A DNA stretch of 63,862 nucleotides, the filler included, from Reticulomyxa filosa (lineage: Eukaryota; Protista; Foraminifera), in assembly GCA_000512085.1 (NCBI GenBank). It is 22 parts of 22 records of this genome, joined end to end, with 100 filler letters (N's around TTAATTAATTAA, not from the genome) between each part and the next. Parts side by side here need not be neighbours in the genome. Positions count along the whole stretch, not along the records: positions 1 to 2,449 come from ASPP01009355.1; positions 2,550 to 6,087 come from ASPP01013094.1; positions 6,188 to 8,506 come from ASPP01022095.1; positions 8,607 to 11,338 come from ASPP01042668.1; positions 11,439 to 12,887 come from ASPP01012277.1; 17 more parts are not named here. One strand, given 5' to 3'. Shown in pieces: positions 1-12,163 of this stretch. The first letter of the stretch is position 1. Each line of letters begins with the position of its first letter. Both the position numbers and the translations under genes were made by a program. The notes beneath the pieces were generated by a model. The model did not search any database. It was not told where the DNA came from and saw only the letters and a program-made list of their open reading frames with translations.

Positions 1-76
1 CTTTATTTTCATGGAGAAAATCGATTCTCTTCATATAATGCCATTTAGGAATGGCAGTTTTTTTTGCAATATACTG
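1..76 (-). mobile_element. Terminal repeat of a putative Tc1/mariner-type DNA transposon, copy 1
   Basis: Near-identical to 25550-25629, to the reverse complement of 60578-60634 and (more diverged) to 11110-11187. Homology stops at the same point in all copies; the minus strand begins CAGTATATTGC. Confidence 0.65.
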
Positions 77-2179
77 TTACTTTCGATATTTCTTTCAGTT
101 CTTTTCGAATGCTTGCAGATTGAAATGTTCAGCTTCTTATCTTCGTCTGAAGATTTGTCGTAGATAACTGAATAACTTTGTATATTCCTGTAAAAACTGC
201 AGAAAATAATTAGTTTATTTTTACTAGTCACGAAACTTCGACCAAACAGGATTCAAAGACACATTTTTCAAATCCATTTGGTTTGTTCGAAAAAACTCTT
301 TGAGTATATTGAGGGTCACTTCGACACAATATACTTGCTCTTCATGTTTCAATCAAGTGGTGATTGAAGAGAAATTGAACTGGTAATTGATATCCTTCTT
401 CTTGTACGATCGAAATCCTTCTTGAAACTGACAAACATGTTGTTGCTTGCACTTGAAATTTTGTTCCAGTTTGTGTTGTTTGGAGTAAAAACAGTTGATG
501 TTGTTTTGTAATATTAATAGATTATTCATCATTTAATCAGTTCCAATTGTGGTACATTTGTTGTTGCATTTGTCACATTTGATTGTGGTAGATTTCTAAT
601 TTATTTTGAGTTTTTATTCTTCTGTTTGTATCTGTTTATGTCCCATTTTGGAAATTTTTTTTGTTGAAAATTTTTCTGTGTGCTTTTCTTTTCTTTTTTG
701 TGAAATTCTTTCATTCAATTTACACTAACATTCTTCTGTTGTTTGTTTTTTTGCTTAGCTGTTTAATTTCAATATTGTTCGATATTTTCTTTTTTAATAT
801 TGTTTCTCATTTCCTTGTGACTTTGACTACAATTTTTTCACTAGTCTTTCGAATCAAATCACATAGTATATGGTCACTAGTATGATTTACTCTACATAAC
901 ACTAAACGATTTATCTTCTGATTGCTCTTGTGATTGCACTTTGCATAAGCGTAGTTACCAGCAACAGAATTTACATATTGCCTTTTCTTTCATACAATCT
1001 TTTGCGTCGTAGTTGATACAGTTGTATTTTTTGCATTGTTTGAAGTACATTCTAGATCGACTTCGAAACGGATCGAATATCTCGCACTTGGACTATTGTA
1101 TACCACAAATAAATTCTATTCTTTGATAATCTTGTTCAATTCTGTCACATTGCTAAATGTCAACTTTAACACTGACAATCCTTTGAATCGGTCCATTTTC
1201 ACAACATTGTATATGTTGTCTTTGATTGCTTGTTGAATATTTAATATTGTTTTGCGATATTCCACATTCTTCATCAATACGCATCGATTTACGTTTTGAT
1301 TTCTAATTTCTTACTGACGTTTGCTCTTCACTTGTTAGACGCAGTTGCTATGTAAGATGTTACACTTTGTGGTATTTTAACATTGTTTTTTGTAATATTC
1401 TTGCTTAAATATTACATTATCGCTTACAGTTTTTGACTTTGCGTTTCATCTAGGAAATTCACAAATACAGTTCTCCAGTTCATTGATAGAAAATATGCTT
1501 CAATTTTCTTGGCTAGCTTGTTCCGATTCCAGCATATAAGTTAAGTAGATCTGAACTAGTCGTCAGACATCTTCTATTTACTCTGGTGATCAACAATGTT
1601 GGTATATTCGCACAGTAATATTGTACTAGGATTTTATTGTATATTTTTCAATTTCAAGTCTTCTTTCTTTTCTACTATTTCTTCATCGTTGAATCTTTCA
1701 CGATATCGATTGTTGTAATTTTTTTGAATAATGTTCCACCACTTTCGTCTTTTTACTTACAAATGTGCACAAATAATGTTCTTCTTCAACTGTCTCTGAT
1801 AGACTTCGTTTCTTGCGTATCATTATATGTTGTGTTTAAACATACAATCGTTCCATATTGTTGGAATTCTTTGTCATGTTCTTTCGTGTGATGTTATTGT
1901 TGATTTCGTCATTTTCCTTCGAATCGATATCAATATAATTCGAAGATAAAATAAAATTTTTCAACAATCTGATAATAGATATACCAAGAGTTCTAATATC
2001 CACCAGGTTCCCAACAACTCCAATGATGTCCAACTATAAGAATTCTTGCTTGATCCAATAATTTTTGTGGAAATTTTCCGTTGAAAATTACATACAAAAT
2101 TTTCAACAGTATTTCCAAAAATAAACTTCAAATCTTCAAAGATGTCGAAGTATTTTGACAGTTCAAACTCTAATAACAT
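77..2179 (-). mobile_element. Decayed non-LTR retrotransposon (I/Jockey-like LINE): ORF1 with three zinc knuckles plus the start of the ORF2 AP endonuclease
   Basis: Manual translation of ~858-1040 gives QCKKYNCINYDAKDC...ICKFC/AGNYAYAKC...VLCRVNHTSDHILC (degenerate triple CCHC). From ATG 532/529: MNNLLILQNNINCFYSKQHKLE...HVCQFQE, then RASILCR and ESCLVEV...KLIIFCSFYR (APE motifs). Many stops and frameshifts. Confidence 0.75.
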
Positions 2180-2449
2180 TCAAAAAAAGCAACTTTTTCA
2201 GTAAGTTGAAACAACGATGAATGAGCTAAAATTTTTTTTAAAAAAATTGCGCGTATGTATATACTGAGTGCAACTACTTGAATCAATTTCGACAGAATGA
2301 ACATTGTTTTTGGAACATTGTCGATTTCAGATGTTAATTATTGTTTGTATTCGTTTATATGTTTTAAGAATTTTATTTTTCTTTGTGTAAATGTTTTAGA
2401 AATATTTTCATTGTTTGAGTGTTCTAATGCATAATTGCGTTTTTGATAA

Positions 2450-2549
2450 NNNNNNNNNNNNNNNNNNNNNNNNNNNNNNNNNNNNNNNNNNNNTTAATTA
2501 ATTAANNNNNNNNNNNNNNNNNNNNNNNNNNNNNNNNNNNNNNNNNNNN
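2450..2549. other. Artificial contig linker (first of 21): 44 N + TTAATTAATTAA + 44 N
   Basis: Identical 100-nt spacers with stops in all six frames start at 2450, 6088, 8507, 11339, 12888, 14753, 22328, 23451, 25450, 26757, 28134, 29661, 33129, 34896, 38052, 40528, 42521, 44576, 45882, 60635 and 62282. Confidence 0.98.
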
Positions 2550-3163
2550 ACGTCGCTTTGGCTTATTACGCTGTTCAATTCCGACCAATATGTATTGCGA
2601 TGATCTTTTTTGCTTCCTATGTATATGTATATGTATATGTATATCATTTATTTCTTTTTTTTTTTTTTTTTTTTGCGAAAACCCCAAAAAAAAAAAAAAA
2701 AAAAAAAAGTAATGTATGTATACGTTACGTGGAAGGTTCATTTGTGACTCAGTATCCTTGGCTATTGCTTCTTCCGATTTACTTTCTTTCAATTCCTTTA
2801 TTTGACTGGCCTGTCCACGTGCAATCATTTCCTTACGTGCTTGCTGTCTCTGTTTTTTTTCCTTCTTTTGTTTCTCCAGTTCTTGTTTGATGTCCTGTCT
2901 CTTGTGCAATGCTTTTCGTAACAACTTCTCTTTGAACGGAGTTAAGTTCGGTACATCAATTTTTTTGCCTGCAAAAAAAAAAAACAACAAAAAAGTAAAG
3001 GTATATCGAATACATCGTTGAAAGCATCATTTCATTGCTGCGTCCAAAAAAAGTTAAACAATTAGATAGCAACAACTCAGCTCATAATTTTCGGTGCCAT
3101 CCCCATTGTACGTAATTTTTTAGCTTCTTTTTTCATGCTTTTCTGAAAGGACTTGTTGTCCAT
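2550..3163 (-). CDS. GNL3: Nucleostemin/GNL3 (Nug1)-like GTPase, 5' exons, truncated at contig end
   Basis: KKEAKK...VPNLTPFKEKLL matches the GN3L_Grn1 N-terminal motif. After intron 2617-2728 the frame reads RSKKDHRNTYWSELNSVISQSD, the start of the GTPase domain. Start codon uncertain. Confidence 0.75.
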
Positions 3164-3945
3164 TTTCCGGCCTGCCTTGACGCAAAGAATTTGGTAGAGA
3201 AAAAAAAAAGGAACATGACAACGTTCAACGAGAGAAATGAAGATAAATAAAATACCTGTCTTTTTAAAGAATAGGATATATATATCCCCAAATATCAATT
3301 ATTATTACAAAAGGGGTTTTCCTTAGAACTTTTATAGCAACTTCAAACTGTACATTTTCTCATAAACTGTAAAGACTTTTGAAAAATATAGCTCATAGTG
3401 TCCTATGAAATTATCCAAGAGTATTATTGAAAACTAATACTCTTGGATTCGTCACGACTTGACAGTAATGATTATTCACGCAAAAATTTTAATTATTTCT
3501 TAGCTTGGGGGTATTACTGTAGATTATATATGCTGACAAACTCTGATTTTGTTAATGCAACTTTTTAAAACTTTAACGTGGTGTTCATTTTACCATTGCT
3601 GGCAAATGATCGAAAAGCTGGATTAGAAAAAATTAAAACATTGCCTCTTGTTCGAATATTCCTTCAGAGTGAAAATTATTTTTAAGATTACTTTTTTGAA
3701 AGGTACTGCTTGCATAAATTTTTTTGAAACTTGTGTGTACATGTGTGTTTCTGTCAAAAAAGGTTCATTCCAAAAAACTCTTTTAACTAAAAAAATCGAC
3801 TAAAACATTTGATTTGACGAATTTCAATTTAGTGCTACTACAATAAAGGCACAAACTATTGCCTAAGTGAACCGATTTTTCTTGCCAAGAATTTTCAAAA
3901 AATTTCTGACCAATTGTCCTAAACATTAAAAAAATACTAAAAAAC

Positions 3946-4415
3946 TCAAGCTTGCTTTGTGTTGCTACTTTTTTCCTTTTCACGTTTGTTGGGTTGAGAC
4001 GGAGATTGACTTGAATTTGTATTTTTGCTTGTATCTCGGGTTGCATTTTTGCTCGTATCTCGAGTTACATTTTTGCTCGTGTCTTTGTTTTTGTTTGTAT
4101 CTTGTACATGTTTGTTTGACTCTTTGTTTGAGTCTTGGTATGAATGTTTGTCGGAATCTTGGCTTGTGTGTTTGTCCGTATCATGACTTGAGCTTGAATC
4201 TCGGTTTGAGTTTGGTGGAAGATCCAAAGCTTCAAGAGTATCTCCGACAACTTTCATTACTTGTGGTTTCCATCTGTGTTTCATCACAAGAGAAAAGATT
4301 ATTGAACATCGAATAAAGAGATCTTAAAAAAATAAAATAAACTGTTCCATTCTTCTATCGACCCATCTGTCGACACTGGGCATCCATGTGTACTTTTGGT
4401 CCAGATAAACGCCAG
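3946..4415 (-). CDS. Small spliced hypothetical protein with a repetitive D/S/K/N tail
   Basis: Exon-like segment LTGVYLDQKYTWMPSVDRWVDRRME (~4343-4418; weak DUF4535/STMP1-like resemblance), followed by ORF 3946-4287 with ~24-nt tandem units (DTSKN, DSDKH). Confidence 0.35.
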
Positions 4416-4840
4416 TTAAAACTGTACGGTTTTTTTGTCGTTTTGTCTTTCATTTTTTGTTGTTGTTGTATGGATCATAAGTAGAAATAACCTCCACTTC
4501 CAAATACAAAAAATTTGCCAAAACAGCTCATATTTGCTAAAAATGTTGAGACAGTACAAGTGTTGAGTAAAAAAAACTCTTTTGCGGGAAAGTTTTTTGA
4601 TTTCGCAAAAACGTTCAAACAAAAAGAAAGTGTTAACGGCTAAGAAGTAAGTTGCATTTGCGACCAAAGATTAGCAGACGTAAGTATCTAAAATATTTTT
4701 TAAAAATGGAGGAGGTGCAAATAGTTGAAAGAAAAAGTATCTTGAAGATTAAAACAAAACAGTTGCCAAAAAAAAAAAAATAAAAAAAATTAAAACGCAC
4801 ACATGAGTGACGTTGAGAAAACAATTAAAAGCTAAAGAGA

Positions 4841-6010
4841 TCACTGCATTTTCCCCAAGCTTGTGAGTTCTTTTAAAAACTCAGTTCCACTAACAATGTC
4901 GGTCCCACCATAAATGATGTTCCACTTGTTTTGATCGACAAATTGCATGAGATTGGCGAATTCGCTGATGCAAGCCCCGCCAACGATGAAGACAATGGAA
5001 TTGGTATATGATTGATTGCGTATGTTATTATAGGAGACATTGTCAAATTTTTCTTGTGCCCGAACAAACTCGCTTCCATTGAGACTTTCGAAAAGTTTGT
5101 TAACGTCTTGTTTGGAGTTTTTATCATTTTTCATGGCATTTAATATTTTGGGATCAATGGTTACATAGTTTTTATCCAAATTGTAGGCCTGGTTATCATT
5201 GCTTATATGGCGATGAACATTCAGTGTAGTCGACAAGGAGTCGTTGTTCATGTTCAAATGGACCACCCTGGCGAGCACACATTTGCCACTCATCGGTAGC
5301 ATCTGCGTTATTTTCATAGTGAGTTTCGACGCATATTTTTTGCCCCAATGCCAGGCCGTCGATGATTGGCCAGAAGTTTCCTCTTTTTTCACGTCGTCCA
5401 AGCCTAGCTTTTCGCCCAGTTTCATTAGTGTTTTGTGACTTTCCAAATAAGAGACTGCGCAAAGATCATTTTTGTCATTTAAATAGGGTTTGATTTCCTT
5501 TTATTTATATTTGTTATTGTTATTGTTATTGTTATTATCATAATCAATAACAACAACAGCAAAAATACAAAACTTGGATTTGTGAAACAATTTCCAATAA
5601 TTTGGCAAGTTGCTTTGAATCGATTTCTTGATGACACAAATAATAAATCAACAAGAGCCGCAGTTTGTCTTCGACCAAGCCATTGGCGGTGGGTTGCAAC
5701 AAGCCCTCCAACTCTTTGTCCTGTTCGGGGTCCAGCACATGATGGATGAGGGCATCCTCCAAGTGGAAGTACTCGCTAATGGAGCGCGGTTTGAGATACT
5801 CGCCCAGGCCGTTTAGCAGCGCAAAGTGTCGATCAATCTGTTCTTTTTTTTGCACGTACAAAGGAATCGATTGGATCGTCTTCTGCATCAGCTCATTGCC
5901 GCTGTTGATATCACTGCTCGGGTTCAGTTTCGACGTTTCCATTTCGTCGGCTTTCGCTTTGTACCATTTCAGCAATTCGCTGTGTGAGTCTAAGTATTTT
6001 TGTATTATTT
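4841..6010 (-). CDS. SLY1: Sec1/Munc18 family protein Sly1 (SCFD1), C-terminal exons
   Basis: KKEQIDRHFAL, EDKLRLLLIYYL, DPK, IVFIVGGACISEFANL and IIYGGTDIVSGTEFLKELTSLG are Sly1-type motifs. One intron at ~5455-5572. Confidence 0.88.
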
Positions 6011-6053
6011 GTGTGTGTGTAAATGGTTCAAATATCCAAAAAGTCATAAATAC

Positions 6054-6087
<34 letters not shown>

Positions 6088-6187
6088 NNNNNNNNNNNNN
6101 NNNNNNNNNNNNNNNNNNNNNNNNNNNNNNNTTAATTAATTAANNNNNNNNNNNNNNNNNNNNNNNNNNNNNNNNNNNNNNNNNNNN

Positions 6188-6548
6188 TTATCTGAATCAT
6201 TTGATAAAAGTGTTCGTTTGTGGGATATCCGATCTGGTCAACAAATCCAAGTGTTCAATGGACATACAAATACTGTATGGTGTGTTGAATATTCATCATT
6301 TGTAATGAAGAATATTGATGGTGATTCAAATGTGATATGTTCTGGACAAGTGATAATACAATTCGATTTTGGGATATTCGATCAAATAAGAATCAATTGT
6401 ATATGATCAAAGGAGATGAGAAAAAAGTGATGGAATATGTTGTCTTAAATTTATTGAATTGAAAAAGAAAAAGGAGACAAATGATATCAAATATGATTTG
6501 AATTTGTGTTATGGTTCATTGGAAGGTCTAATTCGTATTTGGGGATAA
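6188..6548 (+). pseudogene. WD40-repeat gene fragment with frameshifts
   Basis: DKSVRLWDIRSGQQIQVFNGHTNTVWCVEYS...VICSG / DNTIRFWDIRS / LCYGSLEGLIRIWG*; two frame changes are needed. Confidence 0.88.
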
Positions 6549-6749
6549 TTTACTTTTGTTGAAAAAGAAATGAAAGTGTTTTGTTTGAAAAATTTGATTA
6601 AAAGAAAAGTAAGATGATATTAAATTTGTTTGATTTGATTGAGCATACGCTGAAATATGTGTTTTATCTTACTTTGTTGTTTAAGAAAGTTGAAAAAACT
6701 GCTCTAATGTTTTTTAAAGAATTCAAAAGCATAATTAATGAAAACTGCC

Positions 6750-7040
6750 TTTGAAAAGAATTTATGAAACTTTATTCAAATCAATATTGAATCATTGCAG
6801 ATGGAACATCAACAATGGAAGAATGCTGTGCATATGTTTGTATTAATGATATCATCTTGTAGTGATATTATTGTCTCAAAGTCAATTCACAAGTATTTCA
6901 TTTGAGAAAACAAATGGACAACATTTCAAATAATGAACAGTCAAAAAATGAAATTACATATATTATTCGATATTGGACTCGAAATTTGAAGATAAAATTA
7001 GAATAGATCGATGTTTTGATCAAATTATTTTCAAATACAG
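6750..7040 (+). pseudogene. Decayed Kelch-type family gene (paralog of 44042-44575)
   Basis: CAYVCINDIIL, SKSIHKYFI*ENKWTTFQ and NEITYIIRYWTRNLKIKLE*ID/FDQIIFKY align with the less damaged copy at 44042-44575, with deletions and stops. Confidence 0.75.
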
Positions 7041-8345
7041 TAAGTAAAATATCTATAGGTCATGCTATCTTTAAATATGGTTATCAGATTGTCGATAAAA
7101 TTAATTTTTAAGCATTTTTTTGTTAATACATTTATTTTTAACAAACTGATATCATTAAAAGATTGGAACACATAAACTAATTTTGGAAAAAATAATCAAA
7201 CAAATAACTTTTTGTAGAGAAATATAATATCTTAAGGCTTCCTTCGAGTATATTCACGTTGATGCCTACCAACAACAAATTTTTTTTAATGAAAAATGAG
7301 ATTATTCCCAAATGTGAATTGAACCACTATTTGAGCAATAGCACAAATTAATACACAACTGCTGTCATTGATTTTTACTGTTCATTTTTAACTGTAGAAA
7401 TTTATGATATATTATTTATCATTTTTTTTATAATCTTCTTTAATCACATATTTCTTCTTATTGAATACTGGATATTTTTATTTGAATTGTTATCACTCAA
7501 TTGCAAATAACAAAAGTTTTTGATTCCATTTGATTGATAAGGCAACACATAGTTTATGAACACGTAATTTCTAAGTTAGAATGACTTTGAATCGAGATTT
7601 TTTTTTGTCGACTGCTCTCCACGAGCAAAATAGAAACGCAGTCAAAAAGATTATTTGCACTTTTCTAATACTTTGCCTTGATATTTCAAAAAAAATGTTA
7701 AAAAAAACTAAAACAAAAACAACTTATTCTATTGAACAATTATTTGTTTTGAATGAATTTTAACAAAATTGGAATTATTTGAAAAAGCAATGGTATGCTC
7801 ATGCCTTTGATAAATTCTAAGACTTAGCTTGTTTCAGTTAAATGGAACTGGTTTCTTATTATGTGGGTAGACGTATCTATCTTTTAATCTTTCACTTTTT
7901 GATTATATTTAAGTAAAAATTCAAAAACTCATTCTTTTCATATTTTGCATAAAAAACAAAGAAATAAAGCATTCTGATTCTTGTTGAATCAATTTGATGT
8001 TTCTACAATCTTATTTGTTGAATTAAAAATAAAGAGTATATGCTCGCTATTAAACTTAGTGCATATTTAACAATATGATGTAGTTTTTACATCTGCTTGT
8101 TTGTAATGAAAAATTCAAGACAGAGACAAATACTGAAGAAATACTTGATCAAACAAAATATATAACTTTATCAAATAAAAAAAATTTATCCTACGCTCAA
8201 ATATCTTTCTTCTTGTGATCTATAGCGTTGAAATGTGAAAATCTTGATATTATCAAATTTTTTCTTGGTCATCAATTATATAAACCAGTTTTTTTTGAAC
8301 GCTCAAACAAGAAAAGTGTTTTCTTTTGCAATCAACTTCATCATC

Positions 8346-8474
8346 ATGCTTACACAACTTCAACAGACATTCCCCGAGATGAAAGAAGAGATCATTTCAG
8401 ATGTATTGGAATGGCTTGATCAAGATGCTGAAAAGACAAAGGACGTCTTAACTTGGCTAACGGAGAACACGTAA
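8346..8474 (+). CDS. CUE/UBA-like domain exon, truncated at contig end
   Basis: LTQLQQTFPEMKEEIISDVLEWLDQDAEKTKDVL has the FP motif and helix spacing of CUE domains. Confidence 0.45.
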   Translation: MLTQLQQTFPEMKEEIISDVLEWLDQDAEKTKDVLTWLTENT

Positions 8475-9160
8475 CAATCAATTTCTATTATTTTCTTTTC
8501 TCTTTTNNNNNNNNNNNNNNNNNNNNNNNNNNNNNNNNNNNNNNNNNNNNTTAATTAATTAANNNNNNNNNNNNNNNNNNNNNNNNNNNNNNNNNNNNNN
8601 NNNNNNATGTGGCGGTCTTTGTACAATTGCAACAGCAAATCGAAAAACATCACAAGTATCAATGCTTGGAGAGTATAGTAGAGCTCATAACACATACGTA
8701 CTAAGAATAATGTGGACTCGGTTTTGCTCGAAAGTATTCTATTCAAATATTTTTCCATATCTTCGGCTGCATTATTATTATTATTATTTTATTGTTATTG
8801 TAATTATCATTAGTACTGTTGCCAGTGATTGAATATCCGATTTGCTTCATTATCCAAAGTGAGCGAATGAGTTGATGTCACATGGAAGCATCAAAACAAT
8901 ATTATGTCAACAAACTCAACAATACTCAACAAAAGTGCCTCAAAAGCAACATGTCTTATGTCCCGCTGATTGAGTAGACGACAGGTGATTGACATGGATT
9001 AGACAAAGATTTTTTCAACAATGTAATATTTCGCTTAATGTAAGCCTTTGTGTTGGGTTAGGGACAACTGTTTCGGCAATAGTTGCAAAAGGTCATTTAC
9101 TTGGGATAATTTAATAACATTTGCGTTTTTATCGTTTTCCAAAAACCGAAAAAAAAAAAC

Positions 9161-9325
9161 AACTGACAAATACTTTTTCTGCAGTAAAATTCACATAAAA
9201 TTTTTAAAAAAAGATAGCATTATCGTTTGATTCGATACGAAATAATTTGAAAGCGCCCTTTTGGAATTTGTTTTATGCAAGAATAAGATTTCGTATTGCA
9301 CAAAAACTTAGATTTAAAAGTTCAC
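9161..9325 (+). repeat. Dispersed ~165-bp repeat, copy 1
   Basis: Aligns with the reverse complement of 61233-61400 (shared core gcattatcgtttgattcgatac.aaataatttgaaagcgcccttttggaatttg). Confidence 0.85.
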
Positions 9326-9670
9326 TTTTTGACAAATCATTGTCAGATAGATTTTGTTTGTGGTATGTATTGTTATAGTGTTTGTCTCTTGAAGTGAAGG
9401 AAATAGCTTTTTTAGAAGATGATGATACGTTTGGCAAACTGATGTATGATGTTTGGAGAAAAGTATTGAGTTGATGATTGAACATCTGACTTGGTTTAGC
9501 TTGACATTAAGCAATACAGAAAACAAAGATATGAAGGCTTCAAGTAACATTTTTATGTTGTTCCAAACATACCTCAAATATTTATTTTATCGATGAGCGC
9601 GTTACGTTGATTAGGCTACTTGTTGCAATTAGATCACAAAAAATTTAATCATAAACAATCAGACTAGATA

Positions 9671-10240
9671 TTGGACTGTCAAGACTTGGAACATTTGTTG
9701 AAATTAGACAACAAAGAACATACTAATTATGAATCGATTGCAATAACAATATTAAAAAAAAATTCGACAATAAGCGAAGAATATAGTATATTATCAAGAA
9801 TTGGAAACACAATTAATGAACATACAAGAAAAGTATTACAAAAACTGATTAAGTGAAATAGAATTTAGTTGCTACTAATGGCCGACATCAGAAAAATTTC
9901 AAATGCGAAATAATAATTGAATTGAAAGCAGAAACGAAACTGATAAAACATAAACAATATCCAATTAATCAAATTTACCAAGACAAAGTCAAACGTCAAG
10001 TGATATAATTGAAAAAAGCTAGTATCATTCAGAAAAGTTCTTCCTAATTTGCAGCGCCTATTCTCATTGTAAAAAAAAGGGGTATGTGTGCTGACTATCG
10101 CAAATTGAATCAAGCGACGATTCGATATGAATGGACATTGACAAAGTTAATGATCTAATGAAAAAATTATCACATAAACGATTAAATTAGATTTACGGTC
10201 CGTTACTTACATGTACATATTATAGAAAAGGATCATCAAG
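9671..10240 (+). mobile_element. Decayed Ty3/gypsy LTR-retrotransposon pol (RT N-terminal half)
   Basis: Manual translation: IELKAETKLIKHKQYPIN...VKRQVI*LKKASIIQKSSS*FAAPILIVKKRGMCADYRKLNQAT, then KLDLRS after frameshifts. These are gypsy RT motifs. Confidence 0.9.
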
Positions 10241-10254
10241 ATTATTTGTTTGTA

Positions 10255-10395
10255 TTAGTATTTAGTATGCCCAACTCTAGCTTTGACAACATCTTTGATT
10301 CGACGATGCATGGAGTCAACAAGTTTGTCGCGTAAATCAGCATCAACACTGTATTATTCTTTTGCGAACGCTTCACATAGCTGCTTTTGTTTGTA
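10255..10395 (-). mobile_element. Tc1-family transposase C-terminal remnant
   Basis: QLCEAFAKE*YSVDADLRDKLVDSMHRRIKDVVKARVGHTKY* matches the Tc1 C-terminal consensus EWxxI...LVxSMxRRxxxVIxAxGGxTKY. Confidence 0.85.
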
Positions 10396-11109
10396 AATTA
10401 ACTCAAACTACAAATGAAATAAAAAACAATTACTAGCTTGGATGAACTTTTTTTGAAGTTAAAGGTTTTGGTGAACTTTTTGGGAAAAACAACTTGTGTT
10501 ACAGAACTATTTGATAAACTCTTTTTGAATTACTTATATTAAAAATCTGTATCACTGTGTTGAGTTATAGCCCACCGATAGTAAATCACGCTTGCGAATT
10601 GCAACGCGCAATTATTGGGAACAGCTAGACGGAATTTATAGTGATTTGTGCATTTTGGAGCACAATTGAAGCGGCGTGACATATGTGATACCCATATGTG
10701 ATACCATGATTCCGACCTCGCCGAAAAAAAAAGGGAAAAAGCGCGACGACCAGCAACCGCATAACTTCATTAAAAATTTGCAATTTGGATTTTGGTCAAC
10801 AAATTTATCAAAAATTGCTTTTGACACATATTTTATCAAGATACTTGTCATTCTTTTTTATGTCAAACAGGAAAAAAAAATTCAAGGCTGAAAAAAAGAT
10901 TTTTTTAGAAAGATCTAAAACTCTAAACATGAACAAGATCTTTAGTGTCGTGTTATTGCTCCTTGCCGTCTGTAACTTTTTCATTTTGTTAGGTTTTGGT
11001 TTGCAATGTTCTTGCAAGGAAAACACCCAACCTTTTTTTATAACATTTTTTCATTTTGAAATAAATAGCACAAATCAAATACAAAAAAATTTTATATTTA
11101 AAAACTACA

Positions 11110-11187
11110 AGATCTTATTTTTCATGGAAAAATCGATTCTCTTCATAGAGGCGCCATTGTAGGTTTGCTGTCTCTTTGCAAAATATG
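11110..11187 (-). mobile_element. Tc1-like terminal repeat, copy 2 (diverged)
   Basis: ttcatggaaaaatcgattctcttcata core; ends next to a TA at 11188-11189. Confidence 0.6.
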
Positions 11188-11438
11188 TATTAGAAGTCAC
11201 AGCAAAGTAAACATTAGATTCCAAAATTTACAATGGTAATTAACGTCTCAACCTTTGGCTTACAAAATTTAAAAAAAAAATGTTCATGATAAACATTTTC
11301 CGTTTTTTTGTATTTTAATGCGTGCCATAATTCACCTANNNNNNNNNNNNNNNNNNNNNNNNNNNNNNNNNNNNNNNNNNNNTTAATTAATTAANNNNNN
11401 NNNNNNNNNNNNNNNNNNNNNNNNNNNNNNNNNNNNNN

Positions 11439-11477
<39 letters not shown>

Positions 11478-11484
11478 AAATAAA

Positions 11485-12132
11485 CTTGTAAAAGCCATGT
11501 CTGTGAATCCAAAAACTCTGACACTGCAATTTTATCCAAATGTTCAATACGAGCGTCTGCCAACACACGACAGGCACTCAAGCACATCTTTGATCGTGGC
11601 CCACTATCTGCAATATGATATAATGCCGCCAATAAAATGCGATACACTTTGTTATTATCTGAACAATAACAAAAGCAAAAGAATGTTTCATACGTATTAC
11701 AAATGCAAATGTAATGCGTACAAATATATGCATACACATATATCTGAAGTGCAAAACTGAGATGCTGAAAACAGCCTTTGGAAAATAAATACATAAACTC
11801 CAAAACAGCGTTAATGGGAGACTGCTGTTCGACGGCACCTCCAATATGCTCCATATTATCTCTGCGGACAATCCAAATGAGTATGAATGCCGTCCATGGC
11901 AAAAAGTGGTGATTGTAGTCGTTCAGCAAGTCGTCGACATGGTGGAAAAAGTCCAGCTCCATGTCGTCCACAAAGTCCTCCTCTGTAATCACGAACTTTG
12001 TCTTTCCACCAAATGGAGATTTGGTTTGGAACACCACTTGCGCTTCTGCGCTGGGAGCGCTTCCACTCGCTAACGTTGCACACAAGTACACAGCACAAGC
12101 CATTGCACAATACATACATACATATACATACA

Positions 12133-12163
<31 letters not shown>

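Noticed and set aside
39-66. Hairpin plus T-run as a rho-independent or Pol III terminator
   Set aside because: It is internal to the four-copy repeat, whose TA-CAG boundary fits a DNA-transposon end better.
2494-2505. Recurrent TTAATTAATTAA as a biological repeat or palindrome
   Set aside because: Always centred in 44+44 N; it is a six-frame-stop concatenation linker.
9020-9110. Kinase-tail-like PNPTQRLTLSEILH on the minus strand
   Set aside because: Too short and disrupted, with no other kinase motifs.
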